A stretch of DNA of 64,000 bases from Deltaproteobacteria bacterium. GTDB taxonomy: Bacteria > Myxococcota_A > Polyangia > Fen-1088. Positions 46,228 to 56,543 of the stretch are shown here, piece after piece (the first letter of the stretch is position 1; every line of letters begins with the position of its first letter). The notes under the pieces are model-generated. The model did no database searches, was not told the origin of the DNA, and saw only the letters and a program-made list of their open reading frames with translations. A program made the translations under genes and the position numbers. The stretch is from positions 416,001 through 480,000 of the forward strand of contig JANRKS010000019.1 of NCBI GenBank assembly GCA_033763315.1. The letters run 5' to 3'.

Positions 46228-46261
46228 AACGCGGAGCCCAGTCTTGGGTCTCCGCGTTTTT
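46228..46261 (+). terminator. Intrinsic terminator after rplT
   Basis: AAACGCGGAG-CCCA..TGGG-T-CTCCGCGTTTTT. Confidence 0.8.
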
Positions 46262-46318
46262 GGTTTTAAAGTCGCAACGCTTCGCTAACGCCGTGAAGGC
46301 TTCAGAAAAAGGTGTGCC

Positions 46319-47392
46319 GTGAGCACAGAGGGCGCCGCCAACGTAGAGCCATTGATTGCAGAGCTGCGGCAGATACCTGCGGCTTTTGCCGCGGAAATCG
46401 CAGGTCTCGTGACGGAACCCGAGATCCGCGCCGTGCAATCAAAGTTCCTGGGCAAGAAGGGACGCCTCGCGGAAGTGATGAAGCTGCTCGGGCGCCTCTC
46501 GGCCGAAGATCGCCCCAAAGTGGGCGCCGCCGCGAACGACACCCGTTCGGAGATGGAAAAGGCTATCGAGGAACGTTTGGCCGCCGTTGAGGACGCAGCG
46601 TTGGCAGGAGACTTGGCTCGCTCGGTGGATGTGACTTTGCCGCCACGAGGGCAGGGGATCGGCACTTTGCATCCGCTCACCTTGGTGCGCCTTGAGATTG
46701 AACAAGTGTTCGCACGCATGGGCTTCGAGGTGCGTACAGGGCCGTGGGTCGAGTCGGAGTGGAATAACTTCGACGCTCTCAACACCCCTGCGGATCACCC
46801 CGCGCGCGACATGCAGGATACTTTCTTCGTCGAAGGCGGGTTGGTGCTGCGTTCGCACACGTCCCCGGTGCAGATCCGCACCATGCTGGCAGGGCCGCCA
46901 CCCGTGCGCATCATCGCGCCCGGCAACGTCTTTCGGCGCGACGACGACGCCACCCACACGCCGATGTTCCCTCAGGTCGAAGGGCTGGAAGTGGGTCCCA
47001 ACGTTAGTTTCGCGGATCTCAAAGGCACCTTGCTTGATTTCGTTGGCCGCTTCTTTGGTCCAGGCACGCGCATTCGCTTGCGCCCCAGCTTCTTTCCCTT
47101 CACAGAGCCTTCGGCCGAGCTGGATGCCAGTTGCTTTAAGTGCGATGGCAAAGATGGCTCGTGCCGGCTGTGTAAAGGCACGGGCTGGGTTGAGATCGGC
47201 GGCTGCGGGATGGTGCATCCGAACGTGTTCAAGCACGTGGGATACGACCCGCAGCAGGTCACGGGCTACGCGTTCGGCATGGGGCTCTCCCGCATGGCGA
47301 TGCTGAAATATGAAATTTCGGATCTGCGCTTGTTCTACGACAACGACGTGCGGTTCCTTCAACAATTTTCTCAATCGTTATCGCAAGCTTAG
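46319..47392 (+). CDS. pheS: Phenylalanine--tRNA ligase alpha subunit
   Basis: HPARDMQDTF, FFPFTEPS, GYAFGMG. Confidence 0.98.
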   Translation: MSTEGAANVEPLIAELRQIPAAFAAEIAGLVTEPEIRAVQSKFLGKKGRLAEVMKLLGRLSAEDRPKVGAAANDTRSEMEKAIEERLAAVEDAALAGDLARSVDVTLPPRGQGIGTLHPLTLVRLEIEQVFARMGFEVRTGPWVESEWNNFDALNTPADHPARDMQDTFFVEGGLVLRSHTSPVQIRTMLAGPPPVRIIAPGNVFRRDDDATHTPMFPQVEGLEVGPNVSFADLKGTLLDFVGRFFGPGTRIRLRPSFFPFTEPSAELDASCFKCDGKDGSCRLCKGTGWVEIGGCGMVHPNVFKHVGYDPQQVTGYAFGMGLSRMAMLKYEISDLRLFYDNDVRFLQQFSQSLSQA

Positions 47393-47401
47393 AGGCCCAT
47401 C

Positions 47402-49819
47402 GTGAGAATTTCCTTTAACTGGCTGCGCGATTTTTTGCCCACGCTTCCCCGCGACCCTGTGCAGGTCGCGGCCGATCTGACGCGCCTCGGGTTTGAGGTT
47501 GAGGGCACCACGCATCTGGGCCGTGGGTTGTCGGGCTTGTTGGTGGCCGAAGTGCTTGCCTATAGGCCTCACCCGCAGGCCAGCAAACTTCGCATCGTTA
47601 CGGTGAAGGCCGGCGCGCGCACGGACGAAGTTGTGTGTGGCGCGGCCAATGTTCCCGAGCCAGGTGGCAAAGTTTGCTGGGCGCCCCCAGGGGCCACGTT
47701 GCCTGGGTTCACGATGGCGGCGAAGGAGATTCGCGGCGTGATGTCGCCTGGCATGTTGTGCAGCGAGGAAGAGCTGGGTCTCGCGCCAAGCGCCGACGGG
47801 ATCTTGATCTTGGACGCCGATGCGCCCTCCGGTGCTGATCCGGTTTCTACGTTTGGCTTGGCCGATACAGTTTTCGAGGTGAACGTCACGCCCAACCGGG
47901 GCGACGCGCTTTCGCATCTCGGTCTAGCGCGCGAACTTGCCGCGGCCTACAGCGCGGAATTGGTCATGCCTGCGACCCCCGCGTTGAAGGTGGGCGCAGG
48001 CGCCCAAGCCTTGGACGTAGTGATCCAAGACAACAAGGCCTGCCGGCGCTACCAGGCCCGTTTCTTTGCAAACGTCGTTGTTGGTCCCAGCCCACTCGCC
48101 ATGCGGATGCGTTTGTTGGCCTGCGGTGTGCGTTCGATATCGAACCTTGTCGACATCACAAACTACGTGCTTCTGGAGCTGGGGCACCCACTGCATGCCT
48201 TCGACCTGGATAAGGTCAAAGGTGCCGTTTACGTGCGGCGCGCCCATCCCGGCGAGCGATTGGTTACGCTCGATGGCGTTGAGCGCGTGCTCGAAGCTGG
48301 CGACACGGTCATTGCTGACGAGCAAAGCCCCATTGCCTTGGCCGGCGTCATGGGAGGCCAATCGACAGAAATCGGGCCCAACACGAAGAACGTGTTGCTT
48401 GAGACGGCCACATTCGATCCCGTGAGCGTGCGCAAGACAGCCAAGCGCTTGTCGCTGCATAGCGAAGCTTCGCACCGCTTTGAGCGTGGCGTGGATTCTG
48501 AGGGCATTGCACGCGCAGCCGCAAGGGCCGCTGAATTGATTTGCGGTTTGGCGCAAGCGCAACAGGCGGATCAAGTTGTGGATCGCTATCCTTCGCCGCC
48601 CACGCGCCGACAGGCCTCATTAACGTTGGCCACGCTTCGCAAGCTTTCGGGCGACACAAACCGAAACCTCGAAGGCGCCAAGCGAACCTTGTCGCGGCTG
48701 TGCGACGAAGTGCGTATCACGGGCCACGGCGACAGCGCGCGTTTGGATCTGGGGATTCCGTCGTACCGGCCCGACCTCAGCATGGAAGCCGATCTGGTGG
48801 AAGAGGTGCTGCGGCACGAAGGCTACGAAAGCGTCGTTCCCCGCCGTATGATTTTCAACGCCAAGGCCGCGCCGAACCCCGAAGCGCCGAGCGATCTGGC
48901 GCGCGCACGTTTCGTCTCCGCGGGGCTCAACGAAGTTGTGACCTGGGGCTTCGTGCCGTCGGGGTGGCTCTCGGCCTTGGCTCCTGCCGCGCCCGAAGCG
49001 CATCAACGCTTGGTCCGCGGGTTGGCCGTGTCCAATCCTATATCCGCCGACTACGAAGTCATGCGCACCTCTTTGTTGCCCGGATTGGTGGAGACGGCGA
49101 AGCGCAACCTTTCGCGTGGCGTTCAAAGCCTTGCGTTGTTCGAGGTGGGGCCTGTGGTTGAGCGCGCGGAACAGGCCGGCCATGTGACGGCTGCACAGCA
49201 AAACCACGCCTCAGCGCTGTTGTGCGGTTTGCAACCCGGGTGGCTGCGGCCCGGCGCAGCCGTCGATTTCTTTGACCTCAAACGCGTCGCCGCCGCGGTG
49301 CTTGCGGGCTTCGCCTTGCAGGACGCGCGCTACGTCCCTGTCAGTGACGTGCCGTTCTTGCATCCTGGCGTGGGGGCCTCGATCGAAGTGCAGGGGCAGC
49401 GGGTGGGCTTGTTGGGTGAACTGCACCCTCGCACGCGCAAAGCCCTGCGGCTGACCGAGACGGCCTTTTACCTCGAGCTTTACCTCGACCAATTTCCGGC
49501 CGCTGCAGCCGCGATCCACCCGATCCTGCCTCCGCGGTATCCAGCCACGACGCGTGACATCTCGTTCTGGGTGGATGAAAGCGTCACCGCCCAAGCACAA
49601 CAGGATGCGTTGTGGTCCACGCCGTCGCCGCTGCTTCGCGCGGTATCCGTGCTTGAGGATTTCCGCGATCCGAAATATGTGCCCGCCAAAAAGAAGGGCA
49701 TGCTGTGGACGCTCACGTACCGCGCGGACGACCGCACACTCACGGATGCCGAAGTGGATGCCGCGCACGCTGGCGTGCTGGCCGCCTTACAAGCGGCTTT
49801 CCCACTGCAACTGCGGTGA
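47402..49819 (+). CDS. pheT: Phenylalanine--tRNA ligase beta subunit
   Basis: VCGAANV, TPNRGD, RFERGVD, RTLTD. Confidence 0.98.
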   Translation: MRISFNWLRDFLPTLPRDPVQVAADLTRLGFEVEGTTHLGRGLSGLLVAEVLAYRPHPQASKLRIVTVKAGARTDEVVCGAANVPEPGGKVCWAPPGATLPGFTMAAKEIRGVMSPGMLCSEEELGLAPSADGILILDADAPSGADPVSTFGLADTVFEVNVTPNRGDALSHLGLARELAAAYSAELVMPATPALKVGAGAQALDVVIQDNKACRRYQARFFANVVVGPSPLAMRMRLLACGVRSISNLVDITNYVLLELGHPLHAFDLDKVKGAVYVRRAHPGERLVTLDGVERVLEAGDTVIADEQSPIALAGVMGGQSTEIGPNTKNVLLETATFDPVSVRKTAKRLSLHSEASHRFERGVDSEGIARAAARAAELICGLAQAQQADQVVDRYPSPPTRRQASLTLATLRKLSGDTNRNLEGAKRTLSRLCDEVRITGHGDSARLDLGIPSYRPDLSMEADLVEEVLRHEGYESVVPRRMIFNAKAAPNPEAPSDLARARFVSAGLNEVVTWGFVPSGWLSALAPAAPEAHQRLVRGLAVSNPISADYEVMRTSLLPGLVETAKRNLSRGVQSLALFEVGPVVERAEQAGHVTAAQQNHASALLCGLQPGWLRPGAAVDFFDLKRVAAAVLAGFALQDARYVPVSDVPFLHPGVGASIEVQGQRVGLLGELHPRTRKALRLTETAFYLELYLDQFPAAAAAIHPILPPRYPATTRDISFWVDESVTAQAQQDALWSTPSPLLRAVSVLEDFRDPKYVPAKKKGMLWTLTYRADDRTLTDAEVDAAHAGVLAALQAAFPLQLR

Positions 49820-49905
49820 CGCCGTGCACGCGATGGCGTGCTGTGGCAGCCAAGTGGGCGCAAGGCTTTGACATCAGGGGGGAACTGGGGCTTAATTGTC
49901 CCGCC

Positions 49906-50184
49906 ATGACGAAAGCCGACATCGTCGAAATCGTGTACGAGAAGGTTGGGGGATTTTCGAAGAAAGAAGCGGCCGACATCGTCGAGACGGTCTTCGATAC
50001 GATCAAAGACACCTTGGAAAAGGGTGAGAAGATCAAGATCTCCGGTTTTGGCAACTTCGTGGTGCGCGACAAGAACTCGCGTGCAGGCCGCAACCCCCAG
50101 ACCGGCGAAGAGATAACGATCAGCGCGCGCCGCGTGTTGACGTTTAAGCCAAGCCAAGTTCTCAAGAACGCATTGAACGACTAA
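49906..50184 (+). CDS. ihfA: Integration host factor alpha subunit
   Basis: MTKADIVE..KISGFGNF..GRNPQTG; follows pheT. Confidence 0.95.
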   Translation: MTKADIVEIVYEKVGGFSKKEAADIVETVFDTIKDTLEKGEKIKISGFGNFVVRDKNSRAGRNPQTGEEITISARRVLTFKPSQVLKNALND

Positions 50185-50237
50185 TCCCGCAGCCCCAGCG
50201 GGTGGCTTGGGTCTCATTGTTTTGAGCGCTGACGTTC

Positions 50238-50618
50238 ATGCCACGCCCGAAAAAACGCACCGTTCTTTCGCCTGAGATTCCCGACAGACCCTTCTTCAAG
50301 ATCGGCGACGTCGCGAAGCTGTGTGCCGTAAAGCCGTATGTGCTTCGGTACTGGGAAACAGAGTTCAAATCTCTGCGGCCGCAAAAGACCACGTCCGGGC
50401 AACGCCTCTACACACGAGAGCACGTGGACCTCGTGCTGCGCATCCGCGATTTGCTGCACAACCAACGTTTTACGATCGAAGGCGCACGCGCCTCGCTGCG
50501 CGATCAGGGGCTGAAAGAAGAGACAACAGCCAAGGTTCCCGACCCAGCGTTGGACCGCGAGACTTTGAAAAAATTAAAGCAGGGGATCATTGACCTTTTG
50601 GCGTTGGTAGAGCAATAG
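50238..50618 (+). CDS. MerR-family transcriptional regulator
   Basis: FKIGDVA..VLRYWETEF..FTIEGA; conserved position after ihfA. Confidence 0.92.
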   Translation: MPRPKKRTVLSPEIPDRPFFKIGDVAKLCAVKPYVLRYWETEFKSLRPQKTTSGQRLYTREHVDLVLRIRDLLHNQRFTIEGARASLRDQGLKEETTAKVPDPALDRETLKKLKQGIIDLLALVEQ

Positions 50619-50665
50619 TACACGGCCTCGCAGGACGGTGGTCTGCCACCTAAAGTGAGGAAGTT

Positions 50666-50741
<76 letters not shown>

Positions 50742-50796
50742 CCAAAAACCCTACCTAAGCTTTCAAGGCCAACTCTTAACCGTTGGAGATCTGCGA

Positions 50797-51594
50797 TTGC
50801 AACAGCGACCGCTTATCCTGCTCAGCAATGACGATGGGATAGGAGCGCCGGGGCTCGCAGCCTTGATAGCGGCGGTAGAGGATCTGGGTGACGTCATCGT
50901 TGCCGCTCCCGATCGCGAGCGCAGCGCCGCCAGCCATTCGATCACGCTCAACAGCCCTTTGCGTGTTGATGAGATTGCGCCTCAGCGTTACGCGATTGAT
51001 GGCACGCCCGTGGATTGCATCTACATCGCGGCCCTGCACTTGGCGCCGCGCAAACCGGCGCTTTGCATCTCGGGCATCAACGACGGCTTCAATCTCGGCT
51101 CAGACGTGTTCTATTCGGGCACTGTGGCCGCGGCCGTGGAAGCCACCTTGCGAGGCATTCCTTCAATCGCCGTTTCAGGGGAGCGGCAGCGGCCGCATGA
51201 TTTTGCCGCGGGCGCGGCGTTTGTGCGTGAGCTGGCGGCCGAGACGCTGGCCCGCGGGCAAAAGCAATCGCCGTTTCCCGAGGGCGCGTTGTTGAATGTG
51301 AACATTCCTGCGGGCGCGCTGTCAGGTTACCAAGTGACCTTTCTCGGCCGGCGTGTGTACCGCGATCAGGTGGACGTTCGCGCCGATCTGCGCGGCCGTT
51401 CGTATTATTGGATCGGCGGCCCGGAAGAAAAGGCCACGGATCTGCCGGGGAGCGATTGCAGCGCCGTGCAAAGTGGCGTGGCTTCGGTGACGCCGTTGGC
51501 CTTGGATCTCACGCACGGTGCCTTGCTGCGCGATCTGCAGTCTTGGGACGTGGGCACGTTTGTCCGCGCCGCCACCACGCACGAAAAACCTTAA
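50797..51594 (+). CDS. surE: 5'/3'-nucleotidase SurE
   Basis: ILLSNDDG, GTPVDC, SGIN, YSGTVAAA. Confidence 0.96.
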   Translation: MQQRPLILLSNDDGIGAPGLAALIAAVEDLGDVIVAAPDRERSAASHSITLNSPLRVDEIAPQRYAIDGTPVDCIYIAALHLAPRKPALCISGINDGFNLGSDVFYSGTVAAAVEATLRGIPSIAVSGERQRPHDFAAGAAFVRELAAETLARGQKQSPFPEGALLNVNIPAGALSGYQVTFLGRRVYRDQVDVRADLRGRSYYWIGGPEEKATDLPGSDCSAVQSGVASVTPLALDLTHGALLRDLQSWDVGTFVRAATTHEKP

Positions 51595-51601
51595 GGCAAA
51601 C

Positions 51602-52354
51602 ATGTTACGCGCGTCGCTGCTGTGGGTTTTGGGCTTGGCGTTGGCGACGAGCGGTTGTGGTGGCAGCTGGCCTTACTGGCCATGGTCGCCGTCTGACAAG
51701 CCGCTGCACGCGGAGCCGCCGCCCGGCACGTGGCACGTGGTCAAAGAAGGCGAAACGTTGGCCACGCTGTCAGAGAAGGCCGCCGTGCCGGTGGAAGATC
51801 TGCGCGAGATCAATGGCCTTGCGAAAGGCCAAGAGCCCAAAGCCGGGCAGCTGCTGTTCTTGTTGGGCCCCGACAAACACGAACAAACCAAAATCGTGGG
51901 CGCCACCGAGGTCCCCCGCCGCGGGCCCGGCAGCGTCACGAACACCGAGCACCGGCCGCAGGCGCGCGAAGATGGGCGCTTGGCTTGGCCCGTGGCGCGG
52001 CCGCTGGTGTCATCAACGTTTGGTGATCGCTGGGGCCGGCATCACGAGGGCATCGATCTGTCAGCGCCGTTGGGCACCGCTGTGTTCGCGGCCGACGATG
52101 GCGTGGTGATCTACTCAGACAACCTGCTCTCGGGCTACGGCAACATGATCATCATCGAACACCGGGGCGGGCTGCTGACCGCGTACGCGCACAATTCGGT
52201 GTTGATGGCTCAACGAGGCGACAAGGTGCGCCGCGGCCAGCCCATCGCCCGCGTGGGGCAAAGCGGCCGTGCCACGGCGCCTCACCTGCATTTTGAGGTG
52301 CGCCTGGGCGACGAGCCGCGCGATCCAATGCAGTTTCTGCCGCCGCTAAAGTGA
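51602..52354 (+). CDS. LysM plus M23 peptidase lipoprotein (NlpD-like)
   Basis: TSGC lipobox; HVVKEGETL; HEGID, YAH, HLHFE. Confidence 0.9.
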   Translation: MLRASLLWVLGLALATSGCGGSWPYWPWSPSDKPLHAEPPPGTWHVVKEGETLATLSEKAAVPVEDLREINGLAKGQEPKAGQLLFLLGPDKHEQTKIVGATEVPRRGPGSVTNTEHRPQAREDGRLAWPVARPLVSSTFGDRWGRHHEGIDLSAPLGTAVFAADDGVVIYSDNLLSGYGNMIIIEHRGGLLTAYAHNSVLMAQRGDKVRRGQPIARVGQSGRATAPHLHFEVRLGDEPRDPMQFLPPLK

Positions 52355-52411
52355 AAAAGGGTGTCGCTTTTTCAAGCGGCACCCTCATTCATCAAAGCCT
52401 ATTCTGCTGTT

Positions 52412-54382
52412 TTACTTCGACCAAGGCCCCATCGTGGACACCAGCGTTTCGAGCGACATTTCGCCCAACTCGCCCTTGTCGCGCGAGCGAACGTTGATGC
52501 TGTTGTTGGCTTGTTCTTTTTCGCCAACCACGATCACCAACGGCAGCTTCTGCAAGCTGGCGTCGCGAATTTTGTAACCCACACGATCGTCGCTGAGGTT
52601 CACTTCGGCACGGATGCCTTGGTCCAACAACTTGTTGTGGATCTCGCGCGCGTACCCGATGAACTTTTCGCTGATGGGGATCACCAACGCCTGCACAGGC
52701 GACAGCCATAAGGGGAAGGCGCCCGCGTAGTTTTCGATGATGATGCCCAAGAAGCGCTCAATGCTGCCGTAGCAAGCACGGTGCAACATCACAGGCGTGT
52801 GCTTTTGCCCATCGGCCCCGATGTACGTCAAACCAAAGCGCTGCGGCATCGAGAAATCAAGCTGAATGGTGCCGCATTGCCATGAGCGCTTGAGAACGTC
52901 CCGGATGTGAAAGTCGATCTTCGGCCCATAGAACGCACCGTCGCCGGGGTTCAGCTGGTACTCGACCTGCTTTTCATCCAGGGCTTCTTTGAGCGCCGTC
53001 TCGGCCTTGTTCCACATCTCATCGGTGCCCAAGCTCTTGGCCGGGCGCGTGGACAATTCAAGCCGCACGTCCGTGAGATCAAAGGTGCCATAAACCTCGC
53101 GGAAGAAATCGATGAGCATCGAGATCTCCGACTTGATCTGATCGATCGTACAGAAGTGGTGCGCGTCGTCCTGCGTGAAGGCTTGCACGCGGAACAACCC
53201 GTGCCGTACGCCCGAAAGCTCACGACGGTGTACCAGCCCCATCTCGGCGATGCGCAACGGGAACTGGTTGTGCGAGTGCATGTGCGTTCGGTAGGTGATC
53301 AAGTGGCCCGGGCAGTTCATGGGCTTGACCGCCATCGGCCGATCTTCTTCAACGTTGTCGCGCACCTTTTCCGGGTTGGCCGGATCGCGCAGCTTCAACT
53401 TCGTGAAGAACATGTTCTCAAGGTAATTGTCGTAGTGGCCGGACGTGTGCCACAGCTCCTCGCTCAATACGAGGGGCGTTTTGACCTCCATATAGCCGCG
53501 GCGGCGCAACAGTTTGCGCATGTAATCCGTCAGCGTCGTGAACAGCGTGGTGCCGCGCGGATGGAAAAACGGAAAGCCTGGGGCCTCGTCGTGAAAGCTG
53601 AATAGATCCAGCTTCTCGCCCAAAAGCCTGTGATCGCGCTTCTTTGCTTCTTCAAGGACGTGCAGGTATTCCTTGAGATCGTTCTTATCGAAGAACGCCG
53701 TGCCATACACGCGCGTGAGCTGCTCACGGTTGGCGTCTGCGCGCCAATACGAACCGCCCGTCTTCGTGAGCTTCGTGTTCTTCAGCCACCCCGTGTGCGG
53801 CACGTGCGGACCGCGACACAAATCGATGAAATCGCCGTGCTTGTAGAACGTCAGCTCTTCGCCACGCCCCTTGATGTCGCCGACAATCTCTTGCTTGAAT
53901 TTGTTGTTGCCACCATCAATCGCGCGGTAGCGGGCGAAGTGCTCGTTCGCCTCGTCGTAGCTGGAAACACAGCGCACAAACGGCGCGTTGCCGTCGGCGA
54001 TCTTCTGCATCTCTTCTTCGATGCGGGGCAAATCGTCGGGCGAGATCTTCCCCTCGGGCAAAAAGATGTCGTAGTAAAAGCCGTCTTCGATCACCGGACC
54101 GATCGTCAACTGCGCCTTCGGATAAAGCCGCAAAATGGCATCGGCCATCAAGTGGGCCGCGGAGTGCCGCAGCACTTCCAGGGCTTCGGCGTCGCGCTTG
54201 GTGAGCAAGGCCACCTCGGCGCCATTGGGCAGCGCGCGCTGCAGATCCACCACCGTGCCGTTGACCTTGGCGGCCACGGCGGCCTTGGCCAGGCCTGGTC
54301 CAATGCTGGCAGCCAAATCGGCGGCGCTCGCACCATCGGCCAGATCCCGGGCCGACCCATCGGGAAGTTTCACACTGATCAT
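52412..54382 (-). CDS. thrS: Threonine--tRNA ligase
   Basis: RHSAAH, DLCRGPH, KPMNCPGH, GAFYGPKID, QCGTIQLDF. Confidence 0.99.
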   Translation of the reverse strand: MISVKLPDGSARDLADGASAADLAASIGPGLAKAAVAAKVNGTVVDLQRALPNGAEVALLTKRDAEALEVLRHSAAHLMADAILRLYPKAQLTIGPVIEDGFYYDIFLPEGKISPDDLPRIEEEMQKIADGNAPFVRCVSSYDEANEHFARYRAIDGGNNKFKQEIVGDIKGRGEELTFYKHGDFIDLCRGPHVPHTGWLKNTKLTKTGGSYWRADANREQLTRVYGTAFFDKNDLKEYLHVLEEAKKRDHRLLGEKLDLFSFHDEAPGFPFFHPRGTTLFTTLTDYMRKLLRRRGYMEVKTPLVLSEELWHTSGHYDNYLENMFFTKLKLRDPANPEKVRDNVEEDRPMAVKPMNCPGHLITYRTHMHSHNQFPLRIAEMGLVHRRELSGVRHGLFRVQAFTQDDAHHFCTIDQIKSEISMLIDFFREVYGTFDLTDVRLELSTRPAKSLGTDEMWNKAETALKEALDEKQVEYQLNPGDGAFYGPKIDFHIRDVLKRSWQCGTIQLDFSMPQRFGLTYIGADGQKHTPVMLHRACYGSIERFLGIIIENYAGAFPLWLSPVQALVIPISEKFIGYAREIHNKLLDQGIRAEVNLSDDRVGYKIRDASLQKLPLVIVVGEKEQANNSINVRSRDKGELGEMSLETLVSTMGPWSK

Positions 54383-54397
54383 GTTTTTCTCCTGTGT

Positions 54398-54457
54398 GCG
54401 AGACGGATACCCCCGAACTCGCGGTTGTTAAAGGCAGACCGGATACTGCCGGCTGCC
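54398..54457 (-). promoter_or_regulatory. Twin-hairpin thrS leader, candidate tRNA-Thr anticodon mimic
   Basis: GGCAG-CCGG-CAGUAU-CCGG-U-CUGCC and GCGAG-UU-CGG-GGGUAU-CCG-U-CUCGC, 4 nt before SD AGGAG. Confidence 0.6.
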
Positions 54458-54506
54458 GACGTTCAAAATGCCGTGACTTGCCCCAGTCGTCAAGGCACAC
54501 ACGCGG

Positions 54507-54989
54507 CTACGCAGGGGCAGGGGATGTCACATCCCGCTTCACAAGCGCGCCGCCCGCGGTTTCGATAATGAAGGTCACCGGGCCATCGTTGGCCAAAGTG
54601 ACCAGCATATCGGCGCCAAATCGGCCGGTTTGAACATGCACGCCGGCCCCGCGCAGCTGCGACACAAACAGCTCATAAAGCGCATTGGCCCGCTCGGGCG
54701 CTTCTGCGCTGTCGAAGCTCGGTCGGTTGCCCTTATACAGCCGACCCACAAGTGTAAATTGGCTGACGGCCAACACCTCGCCGTTGACGTCCTTGATGGT
54801 GAGGTCCATAGGCGTTTTCCCCGCGAACATGCGCAGCGCCACAAGTTTGCGAACCGTGGCCTCAACGTCGGCTTCCGTGTCGCCCCGAGCCACGCCCACC
54901 AAAACCATCAGACCGTGGCCGATGCGGCCCACCACCTCGTCGCCCACCGTCACCTGGGCGTGCTGCACCCGTTGGACCACGGAAATCAT
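54507..54989 (-). CDS. dtd: D-aminoacyl-tRNA deacylase
   Basis: VVQRV, VSQFTL, GNRPSF, NDGPVT. Confidence 0.96.
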   Translation of the reverse strand: MISVVQRVQHAQVTVGDEVVGRIGHGLMVLVGVARGDTEADVEATVRKLVALRMFAGKTPMDLTIKDVNGEVLAVSQFTLVGRLYKGNRPSFDSAEAPERANALYELFVSQLRGAGVHVQTGRFGADMLVTLANDGPVTFIIETAGGALVKRDVTSPAPA

Positions 54990-55522
54990 CGCGCGCCCTC
55001 ACGTGGCTGCCCGAACACCTTGCACCACAGGTCATCGGCCGCGCTTTCTAAGCCGGGTTGCAAAGCGGGCAGAGCGCTGAACACGTCTTTGATTCCCTGG
55101 TCGATGAGCTGGCGCATGGGTGCAGGTAGGTCTGGTGGCAATTCATCTTCGTCAAGCACTTCGGGTGAAGCGCCTGGGCGGCACAAAACGTCTAACTCCA
55201 GGTCGTGCCACTGCAACGCATCGGCCGAAATGGTGGTTTCGTGGGCAATGTTGAAATAGTGGGCCAAGGTGGTGCCGGTGGGGGTGAGCCAATGGTAAAC
55301 GTTGTAAAGGCGGTCGCGCCAAAAATGCCCAAAGGTCACGGTGCCCGTGGGCAGGTCAATGTCAGCCACGCGCATGGGGCGGTCGGAAATGAAAAGCACG
55401 GTGACATTTGTTTCGTTACCGTCCAACCGCTGGCACGTAAACACCTTGTGCTGACCTTGCAAGGTAATCTTGGTTTCGACGATCGTGCTGAACGGTTTGG
55501 CGATATCGTGAGACGAAGCCAC
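54986..55522 (-). CDS. DUF402 family protein
   Basis: YNV..YFNIA..DLELDV..VLDEDE. Confidence 0.8.
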   Translation of the reverse strand: MASSHDIAKPFSTIVETKITLQGQHKVFTCQRLDGNETNVTVLFISDRPMRVADIDLPTGTVTFGHFWRDRLYNVYHWLTPTGTTLAHYFNIAHETTISADALQWHDLELDVLCRPGASPEVLDEDELPPDLPAPMRQLIDQGIKDVFSALPALQPGLESAADDLWCKVFGQPREGAR

Positions 55523-55574
55523 GCCCGCAAGCTAGCAGAGACAGCCGGCCACGAGGGTCGCGAAGGAAACACCC

Positions 55575-56540
55575 ATGGACTCACGCATTAAACGGACACG
55601 ACTGCTGGGCAACCCACCTCCGGCCAGCGAGATCACGCCGGAGGCGGTTTATAAAGCGCGGCGGCAATTCATGGCGGGCGCCGTGGCTGTGGGCCTCACA
55701 GGGGTGCCGGCGCTGGCGCAGGCAGAAGGGGCAGCGAAAACGGCTTCGTTGGGTGGCGTCAAACCAAGCCCCCTGTCGGTGACAGGCGAAGAAACCAGCA
55801 GCTGGGACAACGCCACCACCTACAATAACTTCTATGAATTCGGCACCAGCAAATCGGACCCCGCAGAAAATGCCCACACGCTGAAAACCAAACCATGGAC
55901 GATCGTGTGTGAGGGCGAGCTCAAGAAGCCACAAAGGATCGACATCGACGTGTTGATCAAGATGTTCCCGCTCGAAGAGCGCGTGTCCCGTTTTCGCTGC
56001 GTGGAAGCGTGGTCGATGGTGATTCCCTGGGTGGGCTTCTCGTTGAGCAAGCTGCTGCAAAAGCTTGAACCCAGCTCGCGCGCCAAGTACGTGGCCTTCG
56101 AGACGCTTTACGATCCAGACCACATGCCGGGGCAACATCGTGCGGTGCTCGATTGGCCTTATGTGGAGGGCCTGCGGATCGACGAAGCCATGCATCCGTT
56201 GGCGATGCTCTCGGTGGGCATGTATGGCCGCGTGCTGCCCAATCAAAACGGCGCGCCCCGGCGCTTGAGCGTGCCATGGAAATACGGCTTCAAGAGCATC
56301 AAATCCATCGCGAAGATCAAGCTTGTGGAGCAGCAACCCAAGACGGCCTGGAACGTCAGCAACCCCGGGGAATATGGCTTTTATTCAAACGTGAACCCGC
56401 AAGTGGATCACCCGCGCTGGAGCCAAGCGAAGGAACGTCGGATTGGCGAGTTTTTACGCCGCAAGACGCTGATGTTCAACGGCTACTCAACCCAAGTGGC
56501 CAGCCTGTATACCGGCATGGATTTGCGGAAGAACTACTAG
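55575..56540 (+). CDS. msrP: Methionine sulfoxide reductase catalytic subunit MsrP
   Basis: Tat RRQF; [26 protein letters not shown]. Confidence 0.97.
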   Translation: MDSRIKRTRLLGNPPPASEITPEAVYKARRQFMAGAVAVGLTGVPALAQAEGAAKTASLGGVKPSPLSVTGEETSSWDNATTYNNFYEFGTSKSDPAENAHTLKTKPWTIVCEGELKKPQRIDIDVLIKMFPLEERVSRFRCVEAWSMVIPWVGFSLSKLLQKLEPSSRAKYVAFETLYDPDHMPGQHRAVLDWPYVEGLRIDEAMHPLAMLSVGMYGRVLPNQNGAPRRLSVPWKYGFKSIKSIAKIKLVEQQPKTAWNVSNPGEYGFYSNVNPQVDHPRWSQAKERRIGEFLRRKTLMFNGYSTQVASLYTGMDLRKNY

Positions 56541-56543
56541 GGC

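Noticed and set aside
46178-46318. pheM-type attenuator or T-box before pheS
   Set aside because: No Phe-rich leader peptide or T-box motif; the hairpin is explained as the rplT terminator
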